A stretch of DNA of 64,000 nucleotides from Girardia tigrina (Eukaryota), in contig MQRK01177746.1 of the NCBI GenBank assembly GCA_001938485.1, positions 1 through 64,000 of the forward strand, in the 5' to 3' direction. Shown piece after piece: positions 1 through 11,466 of this stretch. The position numbers were made by a program, and so were the translations under genes. The notes beneath the pieces were generated by a model. It was not told where the DNA came from, made no database searches, and saw only the letters and a list, made by a program, of their open reading frames with translations. The first letter of the stretch is position 1. The number at the start of each line of letters is the position of its first letter.

Positions 1-2
1 TA

Positions 3-157
3 AGTGAGGGAGAATGCCCATTTTTACACTACTAACACAGGGAAAGAAAACAATTGGAAAAACAGTGGAGAATAAAAGAAGAACACCAAAACCACGGAAC
101 GAAGAAGTGAAAAGAGAAGATACAAGTCGGAATTATAAAGTGTGAGTTCTCTTAACA
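3..157 (+). mobile_element. Possible short solo LTR or LTR remnant of the TGTGAG...TGTGAGTTCTC-TAACA Gypsy family
   Basis: Ends in tgtgagttctcttaaca, nearly identical to the LTR terminus at 55963-55978 (reverse complement tgtgagttctcataaca). Begins gtgaggg-agaat, like other family LTR starts. Confidence 0.4.
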
Positions 158-329
158 CATTTATTTTCCTTTTTGGATTTTCGAATTATTTATTTTTTAG
201 TGTTTTTTAAATATATTTTTTAATTTTTATACTTTTATGTCAATTTTCATATTAAATGTACGTTTGTTTTTTTGTGATTTTTAATCACCCTTTTTATTTT
301 TAATTTTGCTTTTCGTATCTAGATTAATG

Positions 330-1671
330 TCACAGTGAAACCCTTCCTTATGAACGCCATTTTTAATTGGCATAGCATATTCATCACAACATGAGTTAAA
401 AGGAACCACAATAGCTTGAAATGGAATGAATCAAAACGGCCATTTTCCACCATAGTTTTCCGTTATCATACATTCTACGGATCCAAGAATAGCTCGATGT
501 ATAATAACAGGTCTTGCAAGATGGTCATTGTTATCTCCTTCTACGGTATTCGAATCCGTCATATACTCCAATGAAAATCTTATAGACAACTGAAAGTACA
601 ATTGAATTGTCACACATTGATGATGACGTTTCAAGGCATCAGTGATGGTAATATCGATCTTCGGTTCATAAATCGCTCAATCCCCAGGATTTATTTCCTA
701 TTTTTGTTGAAATTGTCGAGAGCATTTTTTAGTTGATTTTCTGCCTTCTCCCACATTGCTACTTCACCTAAAACTTTTTTCCGGCCGTGTTGAGAGTTTA
801 AGTTGATATTTAAATCCAAAATTTTGTAAACATAGTCTAGAAAACCAAGACATGATTCTATTTCACTTGTGATCTGATCTTCTCGACAGAAAATGTGAGC
901 ATCATCTCCTTGGAATCTTCTTACTCCATTTAAACCGGTTAGTGCACCGGATGCCTCATTACGATGAAGTATTCCGAAATACGCGAATCTAATCGGTAAA
1001 TCCTTGTAAGATCTAAGTGTATGTGTATTTATACGTGTATACATACATATGTGTATTAAGTTTTCTGCAAACAAGAGTGGTGCATCTAGAAGTAGCAAGC
1101 AACTTAGAAACAGATGCGTTTCAACAAGTCTTCACTCGAAGGATCGGCAGGAGAGGGAGACCGAGGTTGATCATTTCCGATAATGGAACGAACTTCGTCG
1201 GAGCCTTAAGAGCCATGAAAGACGCAGTAGAGGGAAAATACAGTGTTGATGTTTCGAAAGACAACACTGGAATAACCTGGATTTTTAATCCACCTGGGAC
1301 ACCACATTTCAATGGTGTTTGTGAAATTATGGTAAAGTTGACGAAGAAGGTGCTGTATCACATTTTGAAGAGTGCAGAAATAGCAGAAGAAGAACTTAAC
1401 ACAGCGGTGGTGCAAGCAGCGGGAATATTAAATTCTAGGCCTATTTGTCAAAATAGTAATGACCCAAAGGACGAGAGTGCGCTGACACAAAAATCCTTTC
1501 TGCGAGTCGGAGACGAGCATGTGGAGTTAAATGGAGACGACCCGAACATCAAACAGTGTCCTGGACAATTAATCGGTTTTAGTGCAAATTTGGATTCCTC
1601 GATTTCAATTTGGAACATATTCTCGCTGTAGTGTTCCCAATTCCCACTGATTTCCCATAACTTAGAGTTAT
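330..1671 (-). pseudogene. TARS1: Intronless cytosolic threonyl-tRNA synthetase pseudogene (catalytic core), interrupted at about 1024-1539 and 5'-truncated by a pogo element
   Basis: Motifs [89 protein letters not shown] and ENYGGKWPF. Contains frameshifts and stops; no introns seen. Confidence 0.92.
1040..1539 (+). mobile_element. Bel/Pao LTR-retrotransposon integrase fragment inserted in the ThrRS pseudogene
   Basis: TRVVHLEV...F..RRGRPRLIISDNGTNFVGA...WIFNPPGTPHFNGVCE...LNSRP is the typical Bel/Pao integrase core. No LTRs present. Confidence 0.88.
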
Positions 1672-1672
1672 A

Positions 1673-2730
1673 CAGTTGTCCCCGCTTAATCCGCACCCCG
1701 CCTATTCTGCAATCACTGCCCAATTTGCGTTAAGATCATTAAATTATAAATTTTTGGCGGTTTAGACCCATATTTTAATGAAAATTTCTCAATCTGCCAA
1801 TCCCCGCCTAATCCGCGTTTAAAAAAACAATTTTAAATTTTTTTATTATTATTTTTATCAAGTTTATAAAGAGTTTCGATGAATTCANNNNNNNNNNNNN
1901 NNNNNNNNNNNNNNNNNNNNNNNNNNNNNNNNNNNNNAGTTTATAAAGAGTTTCGATGAATTCATCACTTTCGTAATTAATTTCGTCATTTTAAAGTTGT
2001 TTACTAAGTTTTTAATAAATTTGTTTTAATATTATCCTTTAAATGGGAATTCATTTAAGTTTTGATCAAAAAGAAGAAATAATTCAATATAAGAAGAAAT
2101 TTAAGAAGACAACACACGCTCAATTGAAGTGTTATTTTGATGAGAAGTTTAAAAAGAATATAGGCCTTCGAACAATTGGTGATATTTTGAAGAATGAAGA
2201 GTCTATATTGGCTGCAGCGGCCAATACGAGGGCCGGAACAAAGAAAATTGTACAACCAGCATATCCAGATTTAGAAAAAGTCTTAGAATTATGGTGTGAT
2301 AATCAAGAAGCAATTAACAATCCCATAACTGAAGCAATAATTATCTCTCAGGCAGAATTGTTCGCAGCGGAGCTTAATATAGAGAATTACAGTATGTCAA
2401 ACGGTACTCTGTCGCGTTTTAAGAGGAGAATAGGAATGAAAGCAAGAAATGTGCAAGGCGAGATGGCTAATGTTAAAATTAATGATTTTTCTCAAGAAAT
2501 AGAATCGATTAAAATTTTAATGTCTAATTAAGATTCAAGTGATATTTTAAATATGGATGAAACTGGGCTTTACTATCGCTCTGTTCCCATCCAATCTAAT
2601 TCAAAGGCTCCTATTAAAGAATAACCTTGGTATTTTGTGTTTCTTTAACAGGTGAAAAACTTCCACCTTTTATGATTGGTACAGCAATAAAGTCGCGTTC
2701 TTTTAATTCTTTCAATTTTCGAGATTACAT
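1673..2730 (+). mobile_element. pogo/Tigger-type DNA transposon, 5' part (transposase 2043 to about 2730, degenerate)
   Basis: TA followed by TIR cagttgtcccccgcttaatccgc. The ORF has psq and CENP-B-like HTH domains (YPDLEKVLELW...SNGTLSRFKRR), then a stop followed by DIFNMDETGLYYR. Confidence 0.85.
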
Positions 2731-3420
2731 TTAATTTCTTCATTCATCCAACCTTTTCGTGATACTGTGACTACAATACCTTTTGGAAAATTTCCTTTTG
2801 GCATTGTTTTCCGTTTGAATATTACCATTAGCTCACATTTAGCTCCATCAGCAGTACAACATAAAACTACTGTAAAANNNNNNNNNNNNNNNNNNNNNNN
2901 NNNNNNNNNNNNNNNNNNNNNNNNNNNNNNNNNNNNNNNNNNNNNNNNNNNNNNNNNNNNNNNNNNNNNNNNNNNNNNNNNNNNNNNNNNNNNNNNNNNN
3001 NNNNNNNNNNNNNNNNNNNNNNNNNNNNNNNNNNNNNNNNNNNNNNNNNNNNNNNNNNNNNNNNNNNNNNNNNNNNNNNNNNNNNNNNNNNNNNNNNNNN
3101 NNNNNNNNNNNNNNNNNNNNNNNNNNNNNNNNNNNNNNNNNNNNNNNNNNTGGTATAAGACTTACGTTTCGGTGGCATTTTTGTTTGGTTTCAAATCCAT
3201 AATATTTATAATATTAAAACAACATTTTCAAAACTATTAGATTTTATTTAAATTATTATTACAATGTAAAAGTACATTAATAGTACATTAATAGGTAGAA
3301 ATTAAACTGACTTTATTTAAGTGCGGGTTATACGTAAAAAATTATACTTTTCATAGAAATTTTTGATATTTTTAATGTGCGGGTTATAAATTGGTGCGGG
3401 TTATATGCAAGAAATTAGGG
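2731..3420 (-). mobile_element. Second pogo-family transposon (opposite strand, truncated, partly in an N gap)
   Basis: MPPKRKSYT start; FTVVLCCTADG..MVIFKRKTMPKGNFPKGIVVTVSRKGWM DDE-domain motif; TIR-like end ccctaatttcttgcatataacccgcac next to TA, with repeated gtgcgggtta motifs. Confidence 0.75.
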
Positions 3421-4040
3421 TAGTTTGTTTTTAAATTGTTGAAAAAATAATATTAAATTTGAATTTTCTAAATAAATTATTTGGTGAGATGAAATTTTGA
3501 CAAACTCCTCATAGAAATAAATTATATTTACGTACATTAACCAACATGAAAAAAAAGTTTTAAAGGTTTAATATGTAATTTTTCTAATGTTCACTTTCTG
3601 GTTTAATCCGAGTATTTCTTTAACGCACTACTTTGCAACTGTAAGGTTATGATGACTTGAAAATTGAATTTACTGAGTGATGCGATTTGAGTCTATTTTA
3701 CTTTGAAACTCCAGAACCACGGTATCTAGGCCTTTGTCAAGACAAATTGTTTTGCAAAATATACATTGGTTCTTCAAATATTTTTTCGAAAACTGTGATA
3801 ACAATTCACAAATAAAAAGTAGGCTTTTGTATACTGCATCAAATCTGATAGAAACCAGCTTAATCATCATAAAAAATTAAAAGTATAATCACAAAAATAC
3901 GTTTTAACGTTTAAATTTCCAAAATATTTTTGAGTTTAGTTAAATGAGATGATTCTATCGCAATTTTAAAATATGTTATGTTAATTTATAATTTTCAATT
4001 ATGATTAAATAAATATTATTAGTATTTATAATTATTATAC

Positions 4041-5291
4041 TTGGCAAGTTCTCTTCAAATCACTACAGTAGATCATGTCAATAGGTATATGGCGCAAGTA
4101 CAGACCCGTCTCTTTAGCCTGGGAGAGTCCCAGTTCTGATAGACTTGTCTCCATGTGTCCTGAAGTCGTCTCAAATAACTTTTTTTCCCAAAAACTTTTT
4201 CAACAAACCTTGAATGATTTTATTTTTATTTTCTTCTGTTTCTCCGCTGAAAATTCATTTAATCATTACTAATATAGTTTTTGTTATTTTTTAGTTAAAA
4301 TATCTATAGTTAGATATTTATTTAAATGTTCTTTTACATTATCCAAAATTTAGAAAAAAATTCAAGTAAATTTCAAAAATGAAATCGGTAATTTTAAAGT
4401 ATTGTTTAAAATATTTAACTTTCATTCTAATATTAAATAATATTTAATAATTTAAATCTCGATCAACCAAAAGGAAAATTAAGTAATTCTCATAGCCAAA
4501 AAATTATATTTATACTTTCTTTTTTTGTGAGGAATATTTGATGTGTTAATGTTTTGTGTAGAGTTTGAATGTTGTGTGTTCATCTGGGATCGTGTCTCTC
4601 CTAATCAGACGGATGATTATTATTTTAATTCTTAATCTGAAACTAATTTATTCAAATTTTTAATTTTTATTATTGTAAATTTTAAATAATTTTATTTTTG
4701 TAAGAAAATAATTAAAATCAAATTAATATTTAAAAATTATTTAAAAAAGTAATTTTATTTTAGATAATAAAATTTAAATAAAATAATTTTCTTCAAGTTA
4801 GTTCAGATTTTGGAAGAGAAGTATTAAAACACTGAGTGATGGATTTAAGTGCGAGCGATACTACTGATTGTCATAGAGATGATCAAAATTGTCAGTGTAA
4901 TAAATGCTCTGTCGAATGTGTGAGTTCTCTTCAAAATTTATTGATAATTTTATGATTAATAATATTTTGAATGATAATAATTGATAAGTAATTGTAAATA
5001 AAATAATCAGTTATAATAAATAAAAATTAATTATTTACAATAATTAATAATTACAATTAAGTTTATTATTAATTAAATAATATTTTCAATAAATTAATAA
5101 TATAAATCAATAAAAATAAACAATAAAATAATAGCTATTACAAATACAAAAAAAATATTTTTATTATTACAATTTATTAATAATTACATAATTTAATTAT
5201 AATTTCTTTAGATATTATTAAAAAATAATGTAAAAATAAAATAATTTTACTGTCGCACAATAGTCAGGTGAAAGTATTTCAACGCGCACAT
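4041..5291 (-). CDS. TIGAR: TIGAR-like fructose-2,6-bisphosphatase / histidine phosphatase, exons 1-3 (5291-5251, 4246-4209, 4159-4041); later exons not confidently found in the window
   Basis: Spliced with GT-AG introns this reads MCALKYFHLTIVRH-GETEENKNKIIQG-HMETSLSELGLSQAKETGLYLRHIPIDMIYCSDLKRTCQ. It contains the RHG catalytic motif and the SDLxR motif. The 38-nt exon 2 and the intron phases resemble vertebrate TIGAR as I recall it. Confidence 0.85.
4526..4933 (+). mobile_element. Solo LTR (same family as the Gypsy element at 55963-60867) in TIGAR intron 1
   Basis: Starts tgtgaggaatatttg, shares tgggat.gtgtctctcctaa.caga.ggat with the 60867 LTR, and ends tgtgagttctcttca. Confidence 0.8.
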
Positions 5292-7332
5292 TTTTCTCAA
5301 TCGCAATTTTAATCGTTGAGAAAAAATTTACAAAGTTTTATGTCTAACGTATATTCCAATTTCTTTCATACAATTTTTCATAAAAACAAATTCAAATCGA
5401 CGCTAATTTATTGAGACAATTTAAACAAAAAACATTTTCGTTCATCCGAAATCTCCCGTTAAATTTAATATATCTATTTTAGATGAAAATTCGTTGGTAT
5501 TTTTTTTTGGTTTTTCAAGAAATCTAAATCAAAATTTGCGGTAAGAAAAATTTAATGAGCAGTCGATTTTTGAAACTCGGTTCTGGAACATTTTATTTAG
5601 AAATGTTAACATAGGATACGAATTTTTTATTTGATTTAGTTTTTTTTAATGCTTCGGATATGTGAATTCGTAATTATAATATATAAATCATACACAAAAA
5701 AGTTGTATATGAATTAATCCTTTAATGTTTTAAGACTTTATGAATTCATTTTTGCAATGAATTTCTAAAACAAGTAATTAATATAATATACTCAAGATCA
5801 AATATATTAATTGAAGGTGCTAATTAATTTCTGTAAATAATTAATTGTAGTAAATAACTAATTTTTAAAATTATTTTTGCAAAAGAAATAATGTAGAAAA
5901 ATATTTATACTGAAGAAATTATTTGAATTAGTCTTTAATTTATTACTTTAAGAAGATAATTTGGACGAGTAAGAACTCTGACGGAATCCATAACAAAGGT
6001 ATTCGATATGCCATCTGCAGTACAAATATTTTTTTCACATTAAAAAATTAAGTAATTCAACAATATTTGTTATCTAATTATTTACTATGAAATGTAAAAG
6101 ACGATTACAATATATATTCTTCATTAAAAACTGAACGCGATTTTTAAAAATTATTGTAATTAATTTTTGCGGATTACTCGCCATCTTCAGACTAATTTAA
6201 CATTAGTTTTTTACTTTTTAGCAGCTTATATATGAAAATGGTGAATATGCTATCAAATATGGTATAAAGGCCTTTTTTAAAAAATTTTTACTGGGGGTAC
6301 ACCAGTAATCTGGCATGGTCACCTGCAGAAATACGGTAAGTTTTTATCTCGGATGAAAATAATTTTTACCTGGTTTTTTATAATGACTTTTGTTGAGTGT
6401 TGGTTGTGTTTTATTAAAAATAAAGGAACTCTTATTTTATTTTATAAAATATATTTATTATCTACAAGATAATTACAACTCAAGCGAAAGGATAGTGTTT
6501 TGTTTGGCCCCTGGCCGATTTTATATTAAACTCCGAGAGTCTTTAGCGACAACTCGAGTAGTTATATATTAGAAGACTTGGGCCACACTTTACAGCGTGT
6601 TCCCTATATATATATAAGATTATATAATAAACTTAAAGTTGCATTAACCTTTTAAAATAATTTTCACACTATTCAGTGCTATTGATAGTCGATTCAAATT
6701 GTTAAGCTTACACTCTTTCGGTGTGATTTAGGTGTGATTACTTTCGACTTTTTGAGCCGTTTAAATATAACGAATAATTAGATGCGGTATTTAAACCTTA
6801 TCGTCTTTCAACCAAATTCTTTTCTTAATATAAATTCTTGAACTTCTAAATTCTTCTAATTAACTTTAATTAACAACGACCTTTTATATTAGGTCTTTCT
6901 TTTAAAATCAACTTTATTTTTTAATTTAAATTTATTATTTATTATTTCTTTTTAAATATCTGTCTTTCTTTTTACTAGAACCTTCTTAAATATTTTATTT
7001 ATTTATATAAAAAATATGATTTTATATTTATTTATCATAAATATTCCATCTATGAAAAAATATAAATATTTGTCAATATTTATTAATTTAAACAACAAAT
7101 ACATGTAAATTATAAAATTTGAGATATTCCCTCAACACTTTTCCTCTTTCAAAAAGTTTTTTTATCGAGTGTTCTTAGATTTGAAAGAAGAAATTACGCA
7201 AACTCAAAACATTTTAAAAAAATGGACTGTAAATTTCACTCTTAAAAAATAGAAGCATAAATGGCACTTTTCAAAAAACTGGACCAACAATTTACATTAT
7301 GAAAAAAATTGACCCAATATTTAGAATTAGAA

Positions 7333-7692
7333 TTATTAAGAACATTTGGACAAGTCTCGTTTGAATTTTTATTACAATCACCTTTAGAGTCATTATGACT
7401 CTCAGAAGTCATTCATCGTTTGTAATCGTTCTAATTGGCTTTCTTATTTCTATGTGAGTAGGAATAGTTAGGTAATAAATATTTTTCTTACCTACAGAAA
7501 TAACTAAGAATAATTGCATAATATTTATGGTGTGATTGTTGATGAAACTGCTTGTGTAAAGACAGTTGTGATGATACAATAAAATGGGTTACTTGTCTAA
7601 TGTTGAATGTATGCTGAATGTATGTTGATAGTATGTGTGTTTTTGAGAGTGTAAACCAATGAAAAGGCTTTGAAAATGTGAGTCATTTGTCA
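7333..7692. mobile_element. Inverted 3' LTR fragment (7333-7450, homologous to 44860-44959) abutting a probable short LTR (7453-7692)
   Basis: 7333-7410 is the reverse complement of 44885-44960 (ctgagtcataatgactctaaa...aaacgagacttgt..aaatgttcttaata). 7453-7692 runs tgtgagt...tgtgagtcatttgtca. Confidence 0.6.
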
Positions 7693-9077
7693 AGTTACCC
7701 TCTTTAAACATTTTCATGGACTCAGAGTCCCCATCCGTTTTTAGAGTTCAACGGCAACTCAGTCATAGACTTCGCATATCTCAATTTCAACATTTATTCG
7801 TATATAGGGGACCGACGCGCCTCCTTCACGTACATCAAAAAGTTGTGTGTTCTTCGGAGCGCCTTAGGGTTCTAACCAGTAACGGGTATGGCCCGACTGG
7901 TAGCCTCAGTTTCCGAGGGGTTGATGTCATTTTTCATGATCATTTGAAAGAATTTAACTTTGATTACATCGAACGAAGAGAGCATCAAGGAAATAAGCGA
8001 CGATCGGACCACGTGCCCCTATATATACTGCGGTTGACCTGCGCCGCCTCCAAAAGGTTCTTCACCTTAGGCCGAGATTCAACCGTTGTTCATAATTTAT
8101 TTTTATTTCGTGTCTATGCTCGATTATATTTAGGTTTGGTTATATTTTGACGAATTATTTGATATTTGATATTATTATATTACGCTTAATTACGTTGATG
8201 TTCGACTAGATTCGATGGTATTTTATATCTATACCTGATTCATTTATATTAATTCCTTGCTCTGTTTACTCTACTTTTTATCAATTGTTTTAGTCATAAG
8301 ATTCACCATTTGATTAATTAGACATACATTCGAGAATCATAAATTAGTATACGAAATTGGGTTAGTATAAAAATCAGTTTGAGGATTATCCAGTTATTAA
8401 ATTAGTTCAACGTAGTCAGAATTTTATCATCGAAAATATAATCTTTCTTTAATATTTCTTGATGTCGAGCTTAGTTAACATGGTTTTCTTTAATAGATAA
8501 AGTTTAACAATTTTTAGTATGTACCTGTGGGATCTTGATAAATTTTCCGATTCTTAATGCAGCATATTAATTTTTCCCACCTATAATCATTTCGTTAAAT
8601 TTCTCGTCTCGAGTTCATATGCTCTTTCAACATTATTGAAAATAAGCTTTTCCCCGCCTCAACTTCATAATTACCAATTATAGTCCGAAAGAGGACCCTT
8701 TCTCGTTCTCTTGCAACTCTTTTACACAACATTGCTTTGCTCTAGATCAGTTAATTTCATTTAATAGTTCTTGCAGAGATAAATATAGTCTTTTGAGAAT
8801 TAATGCGTAATTTTCAATTGTTCCTCTGACTTTTGAATGCGAACTCGAAAATTATGTAGTAATATAAATTTAAGAGTTTGAAATCAAACCCATCATCACA
8901 GATAAACTCAAAATTTACCAAATTAATTAATCTCAAATATTGGATCAAGGTAATTTATCGATGCATTTGAGAACTTTTATACAATCAAATCAATCATAAA
9001 GAAAAATCACGAAATAGGATTTTTTATCCTTAACCAAAATTATTAACAATGGAATTAAATTAACTAATGAAGTTAGT

Positions 9078-9335
9078 CCGTAAAATTATTAATTCTTAAA
9101 TCAAATTTTTAATCTTTAAGTCAATTAGATGGAATATAAACAATTAAGTTAAAAATAACTACAAAATTATTACTTCTTAAATTAAAATTTTAATCATTAA
9201 ATCGATCAGATAGGATAGAAACAATTAAATTAAATTAACCACAAAATTACAACTTCTTAAATTAAATTTTTTAATCTTTAAATCAATTATTTAAGATATA
9301 AATCATTAAATTAAATCAGCCATAAAATTATTATT
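9078..9335. repeat. Tandem repeat of about 81 bp, 3 or more copies
   Basis: aaaatta.(t/a)a.ttcttaaat.aaa.ttttaatc.ttaa recurs at about 9082, 9163, 9243 and, partially, 9324. Confidence 0.7.
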
Positions 9336-9760
9336 GTTTAAATTAATTACGATCATATACATAAATCATCAGTACGCCCTATTTACACGACTAAGAACAT
9401 GACTCGGCTACGCATCAGAGTCCAATGACCATCTCTCTCGATCCCTTGGACGCGGAGACCAACCACAAGCATATTTCCGACCAGTGGGATCTCCAACCTC
9501 TACGGGGTCATCCTTGGATTCTGGAGTTGACCTCGACTCGGACAGGTAACTCAATTTCAAATACTCCATTATCATATTAAAACGCTCGGGACGAAGATAT
9601 CGACAGCAAAATAAATTATTTAAATAATCAAAGGTATCGACAACAAGATAAAATATAAAATTATTTAAATAAAAATAAAATGACATTATGTAAATAAATT
9701 TATTAAGAAGAATTAGAATAATACATAAACCATAGATAAACCATACCTCCAATTAATATA

Positions 9761-11230
9761 TGTTACGACACGGCTCGAATAAATAACCTGAAGGAAACCC
9801 TCCTTCTCATCCGACGCCCAGTACGCATGAAACCGTTAGCGAAAATTTGTGGGGATAGTCTAACTCGACTATCCCCGTTATTTTTAAATTTGTTTCAAGC
9901 ATACCGAACGCCAGACGTGAAAGAAGGTCCCTGTGTTTCCACCGGTGGGGCAATACTCGCTACCGGTTTGAACCCGAAGGCGCTCCGATGCACACACAAC
10001 TTGTTGATGTGCACGGAGGAGACGCGTCTGTTCCCATAAGCAATAAGAAGACAGAGAGCAATCACCGAGGGGAGTAGGAAAAGGTGTAAGATAAGCGTGA
10101 GTTGCCGTTTAACTCAGGAAAGCGGATGGTGTTCTGGGCCAACGAAGATGTCTTGAAACGGAGGGAACATGACATATATGTATATATTTCTTTAGAACGA
10201 TTGAAATGACGTCTCCGGTTATTTATCGGTTGCAAAATTAAAATTGTGTTTCTAATATTCTGGCAAATATCGTGTGTTCAAAAGTAGCTTTAAAATTTTG
10301 TTGTAGCTTTTTTGTGTCTCGCGTCTGTTCATACAAAGATGCACCGGGTATTTATACCCGATTGGTTGCAGGTATAACCCGATGCGCTCGGGTATTCTGT
10401 GTGCGCACATCAGGCCTAATTTAAACCTCCGATGTTTATCCAGCGATATCCTTTTTACATGAAAGGAAGGAGGAAAAGGGGTGAAAACATGATTGCGCTG
10501 CATGTTGGTTTATTCGGTTAATCGTCACAACATCCACGATGCACGGATATGGCAGCAGTTAGCTCTAGTTAGTACATAACCATTTCGGAGAGGTTTACTT
10601 TGTTTATGCTAACTATCCGGATATCGTTCTCTGTTTAGGCTATTATTCAATCCGATCGTCGTTGGTGGTCCGCTGTTACTGCCATTAATTGTCGTTCTTG
10701 ATTCTGCAAAAACCGTTGTCTCAAAATGTCCTCTCCAACCCTGTGACCATCTGTTATCTGTTTATACGGTTGATAGATTGTCTTCGTTTGTTACAGACCA
10801 ACAGATACCGTCTGGAAAATCATGCGACTGCATGATTCGCACTGATTCATCGCGGATAATTTTTAATTAATTAGGGTTTGTTAATTAATTTTCTTTATTC
10901 TCTAAGGGTTTCAAGAGGGTCTTCTAGCGATCGGCTCATTTGAGAAGGAAACAGGGCAGAATTCATGGAATTCTTCTCTTGCTCTTCGTATCTGCACGTA
11001 CGGAGCCTACTAACAACTAACGGGGATAGTCGAGTTTGATTATCCCTACAAACTCTCGATAGGGTTTCGTGCGTGCGGGACGTAGAGTGTGGAGAAAGGT
11101 TTTCTGCAAATTATATGATCATGTTCAATAGTCCAAAACTCTTTCAGAACTGAAACTAAACTCCCTGAAATTGACTAAATGACTTTAAAGTGGATTTTTT
11201 TCAGTAATTAAATAACGGCGAGTTGTAACA
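9761..11230 (-). mobile_element. 3' LTR (1470 bp) of a Gypsy-like element
   Basis: TGTTAC...GTAACA termini. Preceded on the minus strand by the PPT gaggagggatgaa (11231-11243) and the palindromic aaatctcgagacgagattt motif often seen upstream of Gypsy PPTs. Confidence 0.8.
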
Positions 11231-11466
11231 TTCATCCCTCCTCAGGTGAAATCTCGTCTCGAGATTTAGGCAAATATATAGACTGAATGAAAGATATAGA
11301 AGAAAAAGGTAAGTATAAACTACATGCGGCTGATAAGAATAAATGTTTATATAGTGTCGCATAGTATTGTTCAATCAATTGCTACATAACATACACATTG
11401 ATCCATTCAATAAAGTAGTTAATTTTTTGTTCGTTATTTACAATTGTTCCATTCAATTATGATCGA

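Noticed and set aside
1024-1539. The insert in ThrRS as an intron
   Set aside because: There is no AG acceptor at the junction, and the content is an antisense integrase fragment.
1858-1964. Direct repeat flanking an N gap (also 50918-50999)
   Set aside because: Typical scaffolding overlap artefact.
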